Source of the DNA: Terriglobia bacterium
Lineage (GTDB): Bacteria > Acidobacteriota > Terriglobia > UBA7540
DNA length: 64,000 bases
Assembly (NCBI GenBank): GCA_030040995.1
Contig: JASHOS010000198.1
Coordinates: forward strand, 838 to 64,837
Direction of reading: 5' to 3'
The position numbers and the translations under genes are program-made. This document shows positions 1 through 10,500 of this stretch, piece by piece (within the stretch, counting starts at the first letter, position 1; every line of letters begins with the position of its first letter). The notes below the pieces were generated by a model that saw only the letters and a list, made by a program, of their open reading frames with translations, was not told where the DNA came from and ran no database searches.

Positions 1-1671
1 CGCCATCTGCTGAACGATCTTCGCCAGCCGGACGGTAAAGTGAAAGGCGCTGCCTGCGCCGGGAGCACTGTCGACGCCGATTTTGCCCTGCATCAGCTCA
101 ACCATTTGCCGACTGATGGTCAGACCCAGTCCTGTGCCACCGTATTTGCGCGTGGCAGAACCATCGGCCTGGGCAAAGGCTTCAAAGATCACCCGCTGTT
201 TATCGGCCGGGATGCCCACCCCGGTATCCTTTACCTCAAAGCGGAGCATAGCCTCGCTCTGGGTCTGGAGCTCCGGGCAGACGGTGACCGAGACAGAGCC
301 CGTGTCGGTGAACTTGATCGCGTTGCCGATCAGGTTCGTGAGCACCTGCCGCAGGCGGCCGGAGTCACCCAGGAACAAACCGCCCGCCGCCGGCGCCACA
401 TCGAGCGTGAGCTGCAAGCGTTTTTGCCGGGCGCGGAAGGCAAAACTCTTCACGGTGCTTTCCACCAACTCCTTCAGGTTGAATGGCGCCAAGTCAAGCT
501 CGAGTTTTCCGGCCTCGACTTTGGAGAAATCCAGGACATCGTTAATGATGGCGAGCAAAGAGTGGGCAGACGTCTTGACGAGTTCGAGATACTCACGCTG
601 GTCTGCGTTTAAGGCAGTCTCAAGCGTCAGTTCGGTCATTCCCAGGATGCTGTTCATGGGGGTGCGAATCTCGTGGCTCATATTGGCCAAGAACTCGCTC
701 TTTGCCCGGGACGCAGCTTCCGCTGCTTGACGCGCCCGATGCGCTTCCTCTTCCGACTTCTTCCGCTCGGTAATCTCGAACGCGACGCCGATGAGACCTG
801 CGGGGCGGCCGCCAGGGCCCTCCACCGGTACGAGCCGGCTTTCGTACACCATTCCCCCAGCCTCTTGGATCATCGTAACCACTTCTCCGGACGCCGCGCC
901 CGCGTGTGCCGCGGAAAGAACAGGCAGAATGCTCTCCAGCTCGCGGACGCTGCGCCCGGTCAACGTAGCGGGATCCAGGCCCCATCCGGCAAGCCCTTTG
1001 CCCTCACAAAAAGTGAGGACGCCGGCAGCGTCGAACGCGAAGAGAATCAAGGGAGCGTTCGAGACCACGGTTCGCAGCCGGAGCTCGCTGTTTCTCAAAG
1101 CCTCTTCCGTGCGCCGGCGCGCCGTCACATCGCGCGCGAAGCCCAGCACGCCAATCTGGTTTCCTTCCTGGGTGATGGGCCGGGTACTCACGTCGAGCGT
1201 CACCTGTGACCCGTCCTTGGCAAGCACAACAAACTCGAATGTGGCCGCGCCGCAGCCCTCGGACATTTGCCGCAACAGTTCACGGAATTCCGGGCGCCGG
1301 TCCGGTGGAGCAAGATCGGCAATGTTCGTCTGAAAAAGCTCGCGCTGTGTATAACCTGTAATCAGCTCCCCCGCCTTGCTCCAGGTGATGAGCTTGCCGT
1401 CGAGGCTGTGAGTATAGACAATATCGCTCGAATGATCCAGCAACTCGCGATACCGTCTTTCGTGCGTCTGCTCCCGGCGCGCATAACGCCGCACGAGCTC
1501 TTCGTATTCACTGGTGCGCGACTTCATGGCCCGGATCTTATACAACAGCAGCAGGATCACGGCCGTCATCAGTCCGAGCCACCACACCGGCGAAACGATC
1601 ACAGTCCAGGGCGCACGAAACCCCTCGTGGACACCGGAAGCGAGCGTAATTTCAAGGCTAATGAGTGACAT
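1..1671 (-). CDS. PAS-domain sensor histidine kinase; C-terminal end runs off the left window edge
   Basis: Absent from the ORF track because it has no stop in the window. Reverse translation from ATG at 1671 is open to position 1 (MSLISLEITL...). It shows one TM helix, PAS-like blocks, H-box SHEIRTPMNSILGMTEL, N-box NLIGNAIKFT and G-box GTGLGLTIS. Plus-strand ORFs 40..1668 are antisense shadows. Confidence 0.85.
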   Translation of the reverse strand, partial: MSLISLEITLASGVHEGFRAPWTVIVSPVWWLGLMTAVILLLLYKIRAMKSRTSEYEELVRRYARREQTHERRYRELLDHSSDIVYTHSLDGKLITWSKAGELITGYTQRELFQTNIADLAPPDRRPEFRELLRQMSEGCGAATFEFVVLAKDGSQVTLDVSTRPITQEGNQIGVLGFARDVTARRRTEEALRNSELRLRTVVSNAPLILFAFDAAGVLTFCEGKGLAGWGLDPATLTGRSVRELESILPVLSAAHAGAASGEVVTMIQEAGGMVYESRLVPVEGPGGRPAGLIGVAFEITERKKSEEEAHRARQAAEAASRAKSEFLANMSHEIRTPMNSILGMTELTLETALNADQREYLELVKTSAHSLLAIINDVLDFSKVEAGKLELDLAPFNLKELVESTVKSFAFRARQKRLQLTLDVAPAAGGLFLGDSGRLRQVLTNLIGNAIKFTDTGSVSVTVCPELQTQSEAMLRFEVKDTGVGIPADKQRVIFEAFAQADGSATRKYGGTGLGLTISRQMVELMQGKIGVDSAPGAGSAFHFTVRLAKIVQQMA

Positions 1672-1680
1672 GACTTAATC

Positions 1681-1765
1681 CGGACTTCTCACAGGTGCGG
1701 GCGGAAGAGCGGAGCTTCAATCCCGCCCTTCCAGCGCGGGCAGCAATCCTGGTGAGAAGGTCCGC
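1681..1765. repeat. About 85-nt imperfect-palindrome element (family G, copy 1) abutting the stop codon of the response regulator gene
   Basis: Outer arms cggacttctcacagg / cctggtgagaaggtccg pair with two bulges. The core aatcccgcccttccagcgcgggcagcaatcctggtgagaaggtc recurs at 34829..34915. Confidence 0.5.
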
Positions 1766-2377
1766 CTACACCACCGGCAGCCGGCCGATCTCCGGCTTCA
1801 CAATCGCTTCATAACACTGCGGGCAAACGCCGTGCGTGAATTCGGCTTCGGAGTGCTCGGCAATGTAGCTCTCCACTCGCTGCCAGTAATTCCGGTCGTT
1901 GCGAATGCGCTTGCAGTAAGAACAGATGGGGAGAAGACCCTGAAGCTTGTTCACACAGTTCAGGGCATTCTCCAGTTCAGCAATCCTTTCTGCCAGCGCC
2001 TGCTGAAGCTCGATCACCCGAACCCCCACTTGAATCCGGGCGCGGAGTTCCTGGTGATCGAAGGGCTTGGTCACGTAATCGTCTGCTTGCGCAAGAAGGC
2101 CGCGCACGACGTCCTCGCGGCTGGCGCGCGCGGTTAGGAAAATAATGTAAACGGGCTTTGCCGGCTGCCGCGCCCGAGCACGCCGGACGAGCTCCAGGCC
2201 ATCCATTCCCGGCATCATCCAGTCCAGGAGAACGATCGACGGCCCACTTTGTTGTTGAAGTGACGTCCATGCCGCCGCGCCGTCACCTACGGCCACCGGA
2301 TCGAATCCCCACGAACGGCACGTCACCTCGAGCATGCGGCGCGAGACCGCATCATCCTCTGCGATGAGAATCCTCAT
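1766..2377 (-). CDS. Response regulator: REC domain, coiled coil, and a C-terminal Cys/His-rich domain
   Basis: MRILIAEDD...LLDWMMPGMDG...KPF receiver motifs. C-terminal PICSYCKRIRNDRNYWQRVESYIAEHSEAEFTHGVCPQCYE. Sits directly upstream of the kinase on the same strand. Confidence 0.9.
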   Translation of the reverse strand: MRILIAEDDAVSRRMLEVTCRSWGFDPVAVGDGAAAWTSLQQQSGPSIVLLDWMMPGMDGLELVRRARARQPAKPVYIIFLTARASREDVVRGLLAQADDYVTKPFDHQELRARIQVGVRVIELQQALAERIAELENALNCVNKLQGLLPICSYCKRIRNDRNYWQRVESYIAEHSEAEFTHGVCPQCYEAIVKPEIGRLPVV

Positions 2378-2492
2378 GAACCTCCGCCGAGCCTTGCGCG
2401 TGCGAACGCTTCCCGCAGCGCCTTATCTTTCTCTCTCCGGCGCTTACGGTTACACGCGCACCTGCCGGTGCGATCCGGCCTCATTAAATTTA

Positions 2493-2590
2493 TCGGCAGG
2501 GTTGAGCGGTAACTGTAGCGCCGACCTTTAGGTCGGCAGTTGGTTGAGCGGTAACTGTAGCGCCGACCTTTAGGCCGGTGCCTGCCGGTC
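2493..2590. repeat. Tandem duplication (about 42-nt period) of a family A REP unit
   Basis: tcggcag(g)gttgagcggtaactGTAGCGCCGACCtttaGGTCGGC occurs twice head to tail. GTAG head followed by the hairpin GCCGACC/GGTCGGC. Confidence 0.75.
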
Positions 2591-2688
2591 TAAATCCAGG
2601 CGCTACTTCGTGGGTATCGCGGGAGCAACATGGGATGCGAGGTTACAGGCGGACTACGCGTAAAGGCCCCGAAAGGGGCGGTGGGCGG

Positions 2689-5490
2689 TCATCCAATCGG
2701 CGTAATTTGCGGAGTTACGTTGTATCCTTCAAGTCTGAGATAAGGCCTTTGGCCTCCGAGGTCATCCGTTCTGAACCTTGCCCAGAGAGTCTGTGATTCA
2801 CCCGGAAACAGTGTGACGTAATTATCCTCGTAGGTAATGGGCAAGACCTCATCTCCATCCGGTCCCTTAGTCACCTCAGCTCGCATGAAAAAAGCGATAT
2901 GGCGGGAGGGGTTGGCGAGGGTTAGGGTTGCCAGCGATTCAACCCGCTTCCGGGTGAGGGTGGAGGAAATGCTGGGCTTCGCCCTCGGCATCGTGTTGAG
3001 GGAGGTAAAATCGGCCCAACGGAGCTCATTCAGAACGAACGCCGAGTCGTTTTCCGGCCCGCCAAGATTGTCGTCAGTCGTGGACTGCCAGTAAACATTA
3101 TCGATGATCGGAGCGCCCGCCGGGCTGCTGAGCTGGCACCGAACAAAGTAAGCCGGACTCACGCCGTCGATCCGGGGAATGTCCAGAACATGCTCTCGCG
3201 CAAGAGGTCCCACGTTCACTCCGGCGAGTGCCTTCGAGAACTTTATACTGCCGTCAAGATTGTAAAACCGCACCGTTGCTTTAAGACCCTGACGATGTTC
3301 CAGCGTCTGGTTAACCACGTAAATATGGGCGGCGCGGCGGTCGCCGGTTGCGTAGTAATCAAACACGATATTGACCGGCCGGAGTCCCTTTTTTGCGCCG
3401 AAGTAAGCTCCTCCGGGTTTCAGATAGCCATCGATCAAATGCCCGAAAAAGGATGGCCACTGGCTATTGAGCATCCAGTAGAGCGTCATCTTGTGAGAGG
3501 CCCAGCCGTTGGCAACGAAATCTTCAAACTGCGCGCGCGTGCTCTCATAGTGGGCTAACTGGGCTTTCCTGCAAAAATCTTCTGCTCCTGAAGGCGGCCC
3601 GTAACGTTTCTCGACAACTTTCTGGATGGTTTCGAGCGTGCTATTGCCCCGATTGGCGCCGGAGTGGTAGTACCAATATTCGTTGATGGGCCACAATTTG
3701 TCTGGTGGGATGAACTTCTTGAGGCTTTCAAACGGCGGAATGCTTTCATTATCGCCCTGTTCGGCGCACGCCCCTTGCGCCGCCGGAAATGTTTTACTGA
3801 ACCAATAGCACGGAGGCCGCCACGAATAAGGGCCAAGCATGTGGACGCCATTCCACAGGGTGTGGCCTTCGGCATCCTTGTGGTAATTCGATACCGTATC
3901 GACGACAGCGTTTTGCCAATGGAGCTCTTGAAGAATCTGATGGTACTCACTCCGTATGGGTTCGGGAGCTCGTCCGTCGCTTCCGTTGGCCCAGATGAAT
4001 GCGGCGGCATGGCCTCTGAGGTTGCGGATGCGCGCCCGAAGGCTGGCAAGCGCCACCCAATGGTCTTCGGCGTCCCATTGTTTCCATTTCTCCCATTGCA
4101 TGCAGCACATCCAGCCCTGCATCACCGGAATGCCTTCGCGGTCTGCGAGCTCCAGCATGCTGTCATCGGCGATTTTCAGTTCCCAGCGAAGCATGTTGAG
4201 GCCCATGTCTTTCGAGTATTGCGCGATGGCGCGATCCCGGTTCGGGTCGTTCTTGAAGAGCAGATCGGGGGTGTAACAGCCGCCGCGCATCAGAAAATTC
4301 TTTCCATTCACTTGCAAGTAGAAATTGCCCCCGGTTCCGACCTTGGGAAAATCGTTATCGGAATCGCGATGCTGGGTAACCTTGCGGATGCCAAAGTTCG
4401 TGGTTGAAGAATCCGAGACCCGGCCATCGATGCTGAACTCAAGCTTCAGTTGGTAAAGCGCTGGATCGCCCCATAAGTATGGCCACCAGAGGTCCGGGTT
4501 GTGGACGGAAAGCTGGGGATAAGCGCCGGGCGTGAAAGCGGCTTCCTTCGTCTCGTTCCCCGCCAGAGATACCTTCTGCCAAAAGGTGATGGTGGGTTTG
4601 CCTGGACGCGAAATCTCACCACGAAGGGTCCCGGAAACTGGGGTAGAAGCGGCGTTTCTCAGATCGCAATAAACAGTGAGAGATGCGGGGCTGGTCTGAG
4701 GCAGTGGCAGATCAGTGACGACGTAAGGGTTCCGGATCAGAACCTTGCCTGTCGCGCTTAGAAATACCCGCTTCCATACACCGGCGTTCCGGTCCGGCAC
4801 AAAGGAGATGTCGATGTGGCGCTGGGGATCGTCGTAGCCAATATATTTCCAGTTGATCCAATCAAGCCAACTGTCCGCCAGCTCCACGCCGTTAATATCC
4901 GGCAGCTTTTGCTCGGGAGTCACTTTTATGGCCAAAACGTTTTTCTTACCGGGATCAACATCTTTGGTCACCATAAATTCAAAGCTGTTGTACATTCCCA
5001 CCACGTGGCGCTTGTCTGCCACGAGATGGCCGTTCAGCCACACGTCGGCGCGATAGTTGATCCCATTAAGAATCAGAGAGTAGACTTCGGCATGCGGAGC
5101 GTCAAAGGTGGTCCGGTACCACCAGTCCTGTTTCCAGAGATCGGGCGGCACGTTTTGGGTGAGGTTCATTCCAAAATACAGATTCTTGTAGACTCCCGCA
5201 TCTTCCAGGGCTTGCAGCACGGTGGCAGGCATCCGGCGAACGGTATGCCAATGCGAGGCATCATAAGACAGTTTGGAAACCTCCTCGTCGCGGACGGAGA
5301 CGTTCGGGGCAGCGATGAGCCGCCAACTGGTCTCGAGTTCGCGCTGATGGTCCGAAGGCGGAGGCGACGAGGCATGCGGGGCAAGCATGACAAAAGCTGA
5401 ACCCAGAGCCGACCTCTTCAGAAACTCGCGCCGGCTTTCACCTCTTTCACGCGGAACTTCCCTCTCGTCTTCGAATGTCATATTTGTCAT
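2689..5490 (-). CDS. Glycoside hydrolase family 2, CsxA-like exo-beta-D-glucosaminidase / beta-mannosidase type, TAT-exported
   Basis: 933-aa ORF. Twin-arginine signal SRREFLKRSALGSAF. GH2 N-terminal sugar-binding pattern (NGINYRADVWLNGHLV) and TIM-barrel region. Confidence 0.8.
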   Translation of the reverse strand: MTNMTFEDEREVPRERGESRREFLKRSALGSAFVMLAPHASSPPPSDHQRELETSWRLIAAPNVSVRDEEVSKLSYDASHWHTVRRMPATVLQALEDAGVYKNLYFGMNLTQNVPPDLWKQDWWYRTTFDAPHAEVYSLILNGINYRADVWLNGHLVADKRHVVGMYNSFEFMVTKDVDPGKKNVLAIKVTPEQKLPDINGVELADSWLDWINWKYIGYDDPQRHIDISFVPDRNAGVWKRVFLSATGKVLIRNPYVVTDLPLPQTSPASLTVYCDLRNAASTPVSGTLRGEISRPGKPTITFWQKVSLAGNETKEAAFTPGAYPQLSVHNPDLWWPYLWGDPALYQLKLEFSIDGRVSDSSTTNFGIRKVTQHRDSDNDFPKVGTGGNFYLQVNGKNFLMRGGCYTPDLLFKNDPNRDRAIAQYSKDMGLNMLRWELKIADDSMLELADREGIPVMQGWMCCMQWEKWKQWDAEDHWVALASLRARIRNLRGHAAAFIWANGSDGRAPEPIRSEYHQILQELHWQNAVVDTVSNYHKDAEGHTLWNGVHMLGPYSWRPPCYWFSKTFPAAQGACAEQGDNESIPPFESLKKFIPPDKLWPINEYWYYHSGANRGNSTLETIQKVVEKRYGPPSGAEDFCRKAQLAHYESTRAQFEDFVANGWASHKMTLYWMLNSQWPSFFGHLIDGYLKPGGAYFGAKKGLRPVNIVFDYYATGDRRAAHIYVVNQTLEHRQGLKATVRFYNLDGSIKFSKALAGVNVGPLAREHVLDIPRIDGVSPAYFVRCQLSSPAGAPIIDNVYWQSTTDDNLGGPENDSAFVLNELRWADFTSLNTMPRAKPSISSTLTRKRVESLATLTLANPSRHIAFFMRAEVTKGPDGDEVLPITYEDNYVTLFPGESQTLWARFRTDDLGGQRPYLRLEGYNVTPQITPIG

Positions 5491-5905
5491 CCCCTTGGTC
5501 GATATCTCCTCGAAATTTCTGTCGCGTTTGTCTGAGCCGTCGCCACCGTCTCATTTTGCTTTGCTACGCTAAAGGTCTCGGCGGTGAACGATGTTTCGAG
5601 TACTCGCGCTTCTGACCTTTAATCTCGGTCTTTTGAATCTCGCATTTGGGTTCGCTTCTGCCGAGGCTCGCAAGTGGAATTTACAAGCTCAATGGCAGCA
5701 ATGAGATACGAGAAGACAGGAGAAGAGGAAGGGTGGCCTCTATCGGATTCCTCATTGCAAGTAGTTGATTTCATTAGTAAATTAGAGGAACGAAGCGAGA
5801 CGAACCCAAATTTTGAAGCTGCGGAACTCGATCAATCCATTGAAACTAAAAAGGTTATCTCTGAATAAAGGCGAAGTCGAAGTAACCCCATTTTTGCACA
5901 GCAAG

Positions 5906-6670
5906 TTACAATGACTTGTTGGCTTCGATTTGGCCTCGGTTTGCTTCCAGGCAGAGATTTTCGAACCAGCGCTGCGCCTCGTGGTCGCCGGTAAGCAGGT
6001 GGGGACCCACAGGCGAGCCGAGGTAGACGAGCATGCCGGCTCCCAAGCGGCGTTTGAGACCCACGACTCTCGTTCCCTGAGTGGCGATAGGCTGCGCCGC
6101 CACTCCGCTGAGAGGCACGACACGGCTGAAATCCCGGATGGTGGCCGCCGCCGGCCAAGTGAAGTCAACGTAGGGAATGTTGCTCAAACGGCCGGCGTTC
6201 TCCCACAGCCTGACTGGCGCAAGCGCTGAGACTCCCAATCGCGAACTCACCAGGGAGTTTTGAAGGCGGAACTCTGATGCAGAGAGAAATGCGCCGGCGG
6301 ATTCCACCAGAGCCGTCGCGCCCGCCGCGATGCGATTCCTCAGCCAGCCTGCGTGGCAAAGCTCCGTCAGCGCGGCGGCGGGAACCACGATGAAGGAAGC
6401 GGCTTCCGAGCTCTCGCGGCGCGTTATCTCAAAGGGCAGTCCGGCCGCCTGCAGGCTGGTGCGATAGCCCTCGAAGGATTCGTCGAGGACGCAGGAAAAA
6501 TTCAGAAGCAGGCAGCGTTGGGCTGAAGCAACACCGGCTCGATAGTGCCCGGCGTGTAAGAAGCCGCCTGCCTCGGAAAATCTCGGCACGGCGCCGGAAG
6601 ACGCTGCGATTGCGAAGGCGGCTGGGAGGCGAGTCGCATAATCGAGAAAGCTGCGGCGCGAGATACCCAC
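5906..6670 (-). CDS. Hypothetical TAT-signal protein
   Basis: 254-aa ORF starting MGISRRSFLDYATRLPAAFAIAASS. Abuts the upstream epimerase gene (stop at 6672, start at 6670). No family recognised. Confidence 0.6.
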   Translation of the reverse strand: MGISRRSFLDYATRLPAAFAIAASSGAVPRFSEAGGFLHAGHYRAGVASAQRCLLLNFSCVLDESFEGYRTSLQAAGLPFEITRRESSEAASFIVVPAAALTELCHAGWLRNRIAAGATALVESAGAFLSASEFRLQNSLVSSRLGVSALAPVRLWENAGRLSNIPYVDFTWPAAATIRDFSRVVPLSGVAAQPIATQGTRVVGLKRRLGAGMLVYLGSPVGPHLLTGDHEAQRWFENLCLEANRGQIEANKSL

Positions 6671-6671
6671 C

Positions 6672-7523
6672 TCAGAGTCTCCCTGTGATCACCCGGTCCA
6701 TGGCTGCTGAGGTATCGTAAAACTGCTGGTCCGGAGCAAAGCGGTACCGCCTCTCCATCTCGGCGACCAGCCAGCCGTCGTAACCCACCTTGACTAATGC
6801 GGCACGAATCGCCGCCCAGTTGTTGTCGCCCAGAAAAATATTTGTGTAAACAGGGTCGCAGCAGTGGCCGCGCTTTTTCATTGCGTCTTTCAGATGAATA
6901 CGCGTGATGCGAGGGCCAAGGATTTCCACCCATTGCTCGGCAAAACCCGTATCGTGAATGTTCCCCACATCCAGGTGAAGGCCGACGGCGGGCTCGTTCA
7001 CGTCTTTTAGGAACTGGAGGAATTCTCCGGGACTCAGCAGAAACTTTTGCTCGGAACAGCAGTTCTCGCATCCAATCTTTACGCCCGCGCGCGCCGCTTT
7101 GGGGCCAAGCTCCTGCATGGCTTCAACGGTGCGCCGGTAAACCTCCTGGTAAGGGACTTCCTCCGTCACCAATCCAGCAACCACGAGGATGGCGTCCGCG
7201 CCGAGAAGCTTGGCGGTCTCGACCTGGCGCTCGACGATACGAATGCCCTGCCGCCGCACTTCCGGCTCGCGCGCGGAAAGGGGATATTTCCAATGAAGGC
7301 CCGTCGAAACGTTCGAAACCACCAGCCCGGCATTGATCACCTTCTGCCGTAACGCCAATACTTCCGCGTCCGTGGTGCTCATCTGAAACCAGGGGACGTC
7401 TCCAAGCCACAATTCGACGCCATCGAAGCGCGCTTGCTTGATCAGTTCGAGGCCACGCTCGAAGCTCCAGCCGTGCGGAATTTCATTATCGCCAATTGAT
7501 TTTTTCATACCGGAGACAGGCAA
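6672..7523 (-). CDS. Sugar phosphate isomerase/epimerase (xylose isomerase-like TIM barrel)
   Basis: 283-aa ORF with typical AP_endonuc_2 pattern (GFDGVELW..., HLDVGN, HLKD). Paralog of 25403..26305 (shared HWKYPLS motif). Confidence 0.85.
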   Translation of the reverse strand: MPVSGMKKSIGDNEIPHGWSFERGLELIKQARFDGVELWLGDVPWFQMSTTDAEVLALRQKVINAGLVVSNVSTGLHWKYPLSAREPEVRRQGIRIVERQVETAKLLGADAILVVAGLVTEEVPYQEVYRRTVEAMQELGPKAARAGVKIGCENCCSEQKFLLSPGEFLQFLKDVNEPAVGLHLDVGNIHDTGFAEQWVEILGPRITRIHLKDAMKKRGHCCDPVYTNIFLGDNNWAAIRAALVKVGYDGWLVAEMERRYRFAPDQQFYDTSAAMDRVITGRL

Positions 7524-7545
7524 TCGTAATTTAGAACCGGAGTCG

Positions 7546-10500
7546 CTACCAGTAGAATTTCAGAGCAAACTGAATTTCGCGTTGATCGTTCTGGAGATCA
7601 CGGGTGGAACTGATCACTCCAAATGTTGACGGCGAAGTGTAGTCTAGCGATCCGGGAGCTGCGGTCACGCCGTTACCGGAGAAGCCCGGCGCCGCGAAAT
7701 TCGGCGTGTTCGTCAAATTGAAAAACTCGGCTCGAAACTCCAGACGGGTTCGCTCGCTCGTCTTGAACTCTTTGAACAAGGAAAAATCAAGACGATGAAA
7801 TCCGGGGCCGACAAGCTGGGAAGGCGCGCCGCCCAAGGGAGCATAGTTGGTCTGGCCCACCGCGGTGACCACCGGCGGGGTCGTAAAGGCTGCCGGATTC
7901 ATCCATTGATTGACGTCATGCGGGCCTGCATAGAGGTTTTGGCCGGAGACCATCAGAGCATCGCATCCAAAGCCAGCGGCGGTGGTGATGATGCAGGGCA
8001 CGGTGAAAGGCATGCCGTCCTGGAGAGTCAGGATCCAATTGGTTTCCCAGCCGCCGAACAATCCGTCCACCAAACCGTGGGTGTTGCGAAGGAAGTATCT
8101 GCCGTTGCCGACAGGCAAATCGTAACCTCCACTAAAGTGCGCCACCTTCGCGATATTGAAATCGCAAAGTCCGTAGTCACCCTGAACTCCAAAGCCAGGC
8201 AGCAACGCAGCGCGATAACCGGTGAGAGACGTGGCATTCAGCACATCCACGGCGTCCGTGCGGCACTTGGACCACGTGAAGTCCGCCAGCGCATTCAAAC
8301 CGTGGCTGAACCGGCGCTCGTAAGTGGCCTGCAGCGAGTTGTAGTAGCTGTCGGTGGCGAAAGTCGAATAGGTGTCGGAGGGAGAGAAGTCGGAATAAGG
8401 CGAGTAGCTGAGGGAGTTGTAAGAAGGCGGCAGCAGTTCGTCGGGAGAATTGGGGTTAATGTAAGAACCCAAATGCCGCACCGAATTTCCGACGTAACCG
8501 AGTTGGAGAGTTTGGTTCGGCGTGAGCTGGTCCTGCAAGGTAAAGTTATAGTCTTCCGTATAGGGTGTTTTCATGTGGTAATCTTCGCCAGTAAACGACA
8601 CTCCTGCCGGCTCGGCGTCTGCTGAAGTCAGCGGAATGAGCGGCGAAAGACCGGTTCCAAGCGTTCCCAGCGCGCCGTTGGCATAGGTAATCGGCTGGGC
8701 CGCGGTAAGCGCCGTGTAAGTGAGCGTGTATTGGAACGGAAAATCCACGTAAGTCTCAATGGTGGAATTCTCGAAGCCTCCGTAGAACATTCCATAGCCC
8801 CCACGAGCCACCAGTTTGGGAGTCAACTGATAGGCGAAGCCGACGCGGGGAGCAAAGTTGGTGAGCTGGGAATTGCCCAAACCGGGGACGCTCGAACAGG
8901 AGATATTAATATTATCGGCTTTGGCGGCAGTAACGAAATCCGGAGACAAAGGCGTGTTGCAGCGCTGCTGCGTCAGCAGAAACTGGGCAGGGCCACCCGG
9001 ACCCGCCGGCAGAAAATTCGACTGTGCGCCAAACTGTTCCACGATCTGGCCAAAGTACTCCCATCGCACTCCCAGATTTAAAGTCAGCTTGGAAGTGGCT
9101 TTCCAATTGTCTTGAAAGTATGCGGCGTAATAATCGCGAGCCATATCCGTGTTGGAGAAGTTCGAGACATTGATCGAATCGGCGCCACCGACGTCATTGA
9201 ATCCCCCGGGAACTGTGGCTGGAATTGGTGTCAACAACATCTGCGCGAGCCCGGTGTTTCCGCCGCTTTCATCGGGCACTTCGGTGAAAACGCCGTCGAA
9301 ACTCCACGTTCCCCGGCCCGCCGGCGGCTGCAGGATGGCGAAGTCAAGACGCTGGAACTCGAAACCTGTTTTGAAGGTCTGGTTTCCCTGGATCTTGGTG
9401 GCGTCATCGGTGGCTTGCCATGTGGTGCTGTACTCGACCGAGGGCAAATATTCGTTGCTTCCTAGTGTACTGAGGCCTTCGAAGAAGATGGAACCCAGGC
9501 CGCCGTTGTCCGGCGCTTGGGGAATGCCCGAGATACCGTAATCGCCGGGAATATTATTGGTTTGAGTGGCAAAGGGCTGCAGCCGGGACGCGCCAATCCG
9601 CGTAAAGCCGAGTCGCGCCTCATTGATTGTGGTGGGTGAGAAGGAGTGAGTTTCGCCTAGCACGGAGTTGATGGAAAGGGCGGTCTGGTAGCCATCCTGA
9701 AACGCTCCTCCGTCCGCGTATCCCGTAAATGGTCCGGGCAGATATTGGGGCTCGTTGGAATAACTGAACCGGCCAAACATCTGGTCATGGTCGCTGAAAT
9801 TGTTATCCACTCGCACGTCAAACTGATCAACATTGTTGCGGGAAATGGGGTCGCTGGAGTAATTGTCGAAAAGCCCGGATGAGGTTGGCGCGGGAAACAG
9901 ATTAAGTAATTTGATGCCGTCTTGGTCCAGTCGCGACGCCGGAAGAATATTGCCGGCGAAGGGCTCGCGAACATACCCGGCCAGGCTTCCCCCCGTAGTG
10001 CCGGACGGGCAAGCCGAAGAACTGGGCATGAGGCTCGTGACCGGATCTGCAACTCCGCAATAAACCGCGCGGGTGGTGGATGGATCGAAAACCGAACCCA
10101 GGGGAAAGCTTCGGCCCAGCACGTCCGTCTGCGTGCCACCCTGGGTAAGCAGTTGGGAAAGGTCGGTGTACCCGCTCGACCGCTCCAGGTCCGTCGGGAC
10201 GGTGGAAACCCAAGGTATCGCCTGGCGGATGCGAGTTCCCTCATAGTCCATAAAGAAAAACGTTTTGTTCTTCCGAATAGGCCCTCCCAGTGTGGCGCCG
10301 AACTGGTTCTGGCGATATTCGCCTTTCTGCTCGTTACCGGAATTCTCAAAGAAGTTGGCCGCATCAAAGGCGTCGTTGCGCAGAAATTCCCAGGTGTCGC
10401 CGTGCAATTGATTGGTGCCGGATTTAACAGTTGCGTTCAGGACCGCCCCCGCAGAGCGCCCCATCTCCGCGCTGTAATCGCTGGTCTGCACTTTGAATTC

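Noticed and set aside
40-1668. Several 120-215 aa plus-strand ORFs (40..612, 83..730, 673..1209, 791..1333, 1267..1668).
   Set aside because: They are Arg/Pro/Ser/Ala-rich and lie antisense to a continuous minus-strand frame that encodes clear histidine-kinase motifs. They are shadow ORFs.
2493-2590. A possible CRISPR array, because of directly repeated 42-nt units.
   Set aside because: There are only two abutting units with no spacers and no cas genes. The unit is a family A REP.
5560-5868. Small plus-strand ORFs in the lower-GC gap upstream of GH2: a 37-aa signal-peptide-like ORF MFRVLALLTFNLGLLNLAFGFASA... starting near 5591, and the 64-aa acidic ORF 5674..5868.
   Set aside because: They have no convincing SD and no recognisable family. 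They lie in the promoter region of a minus-strand operon. The evidence is insufficient to call them.
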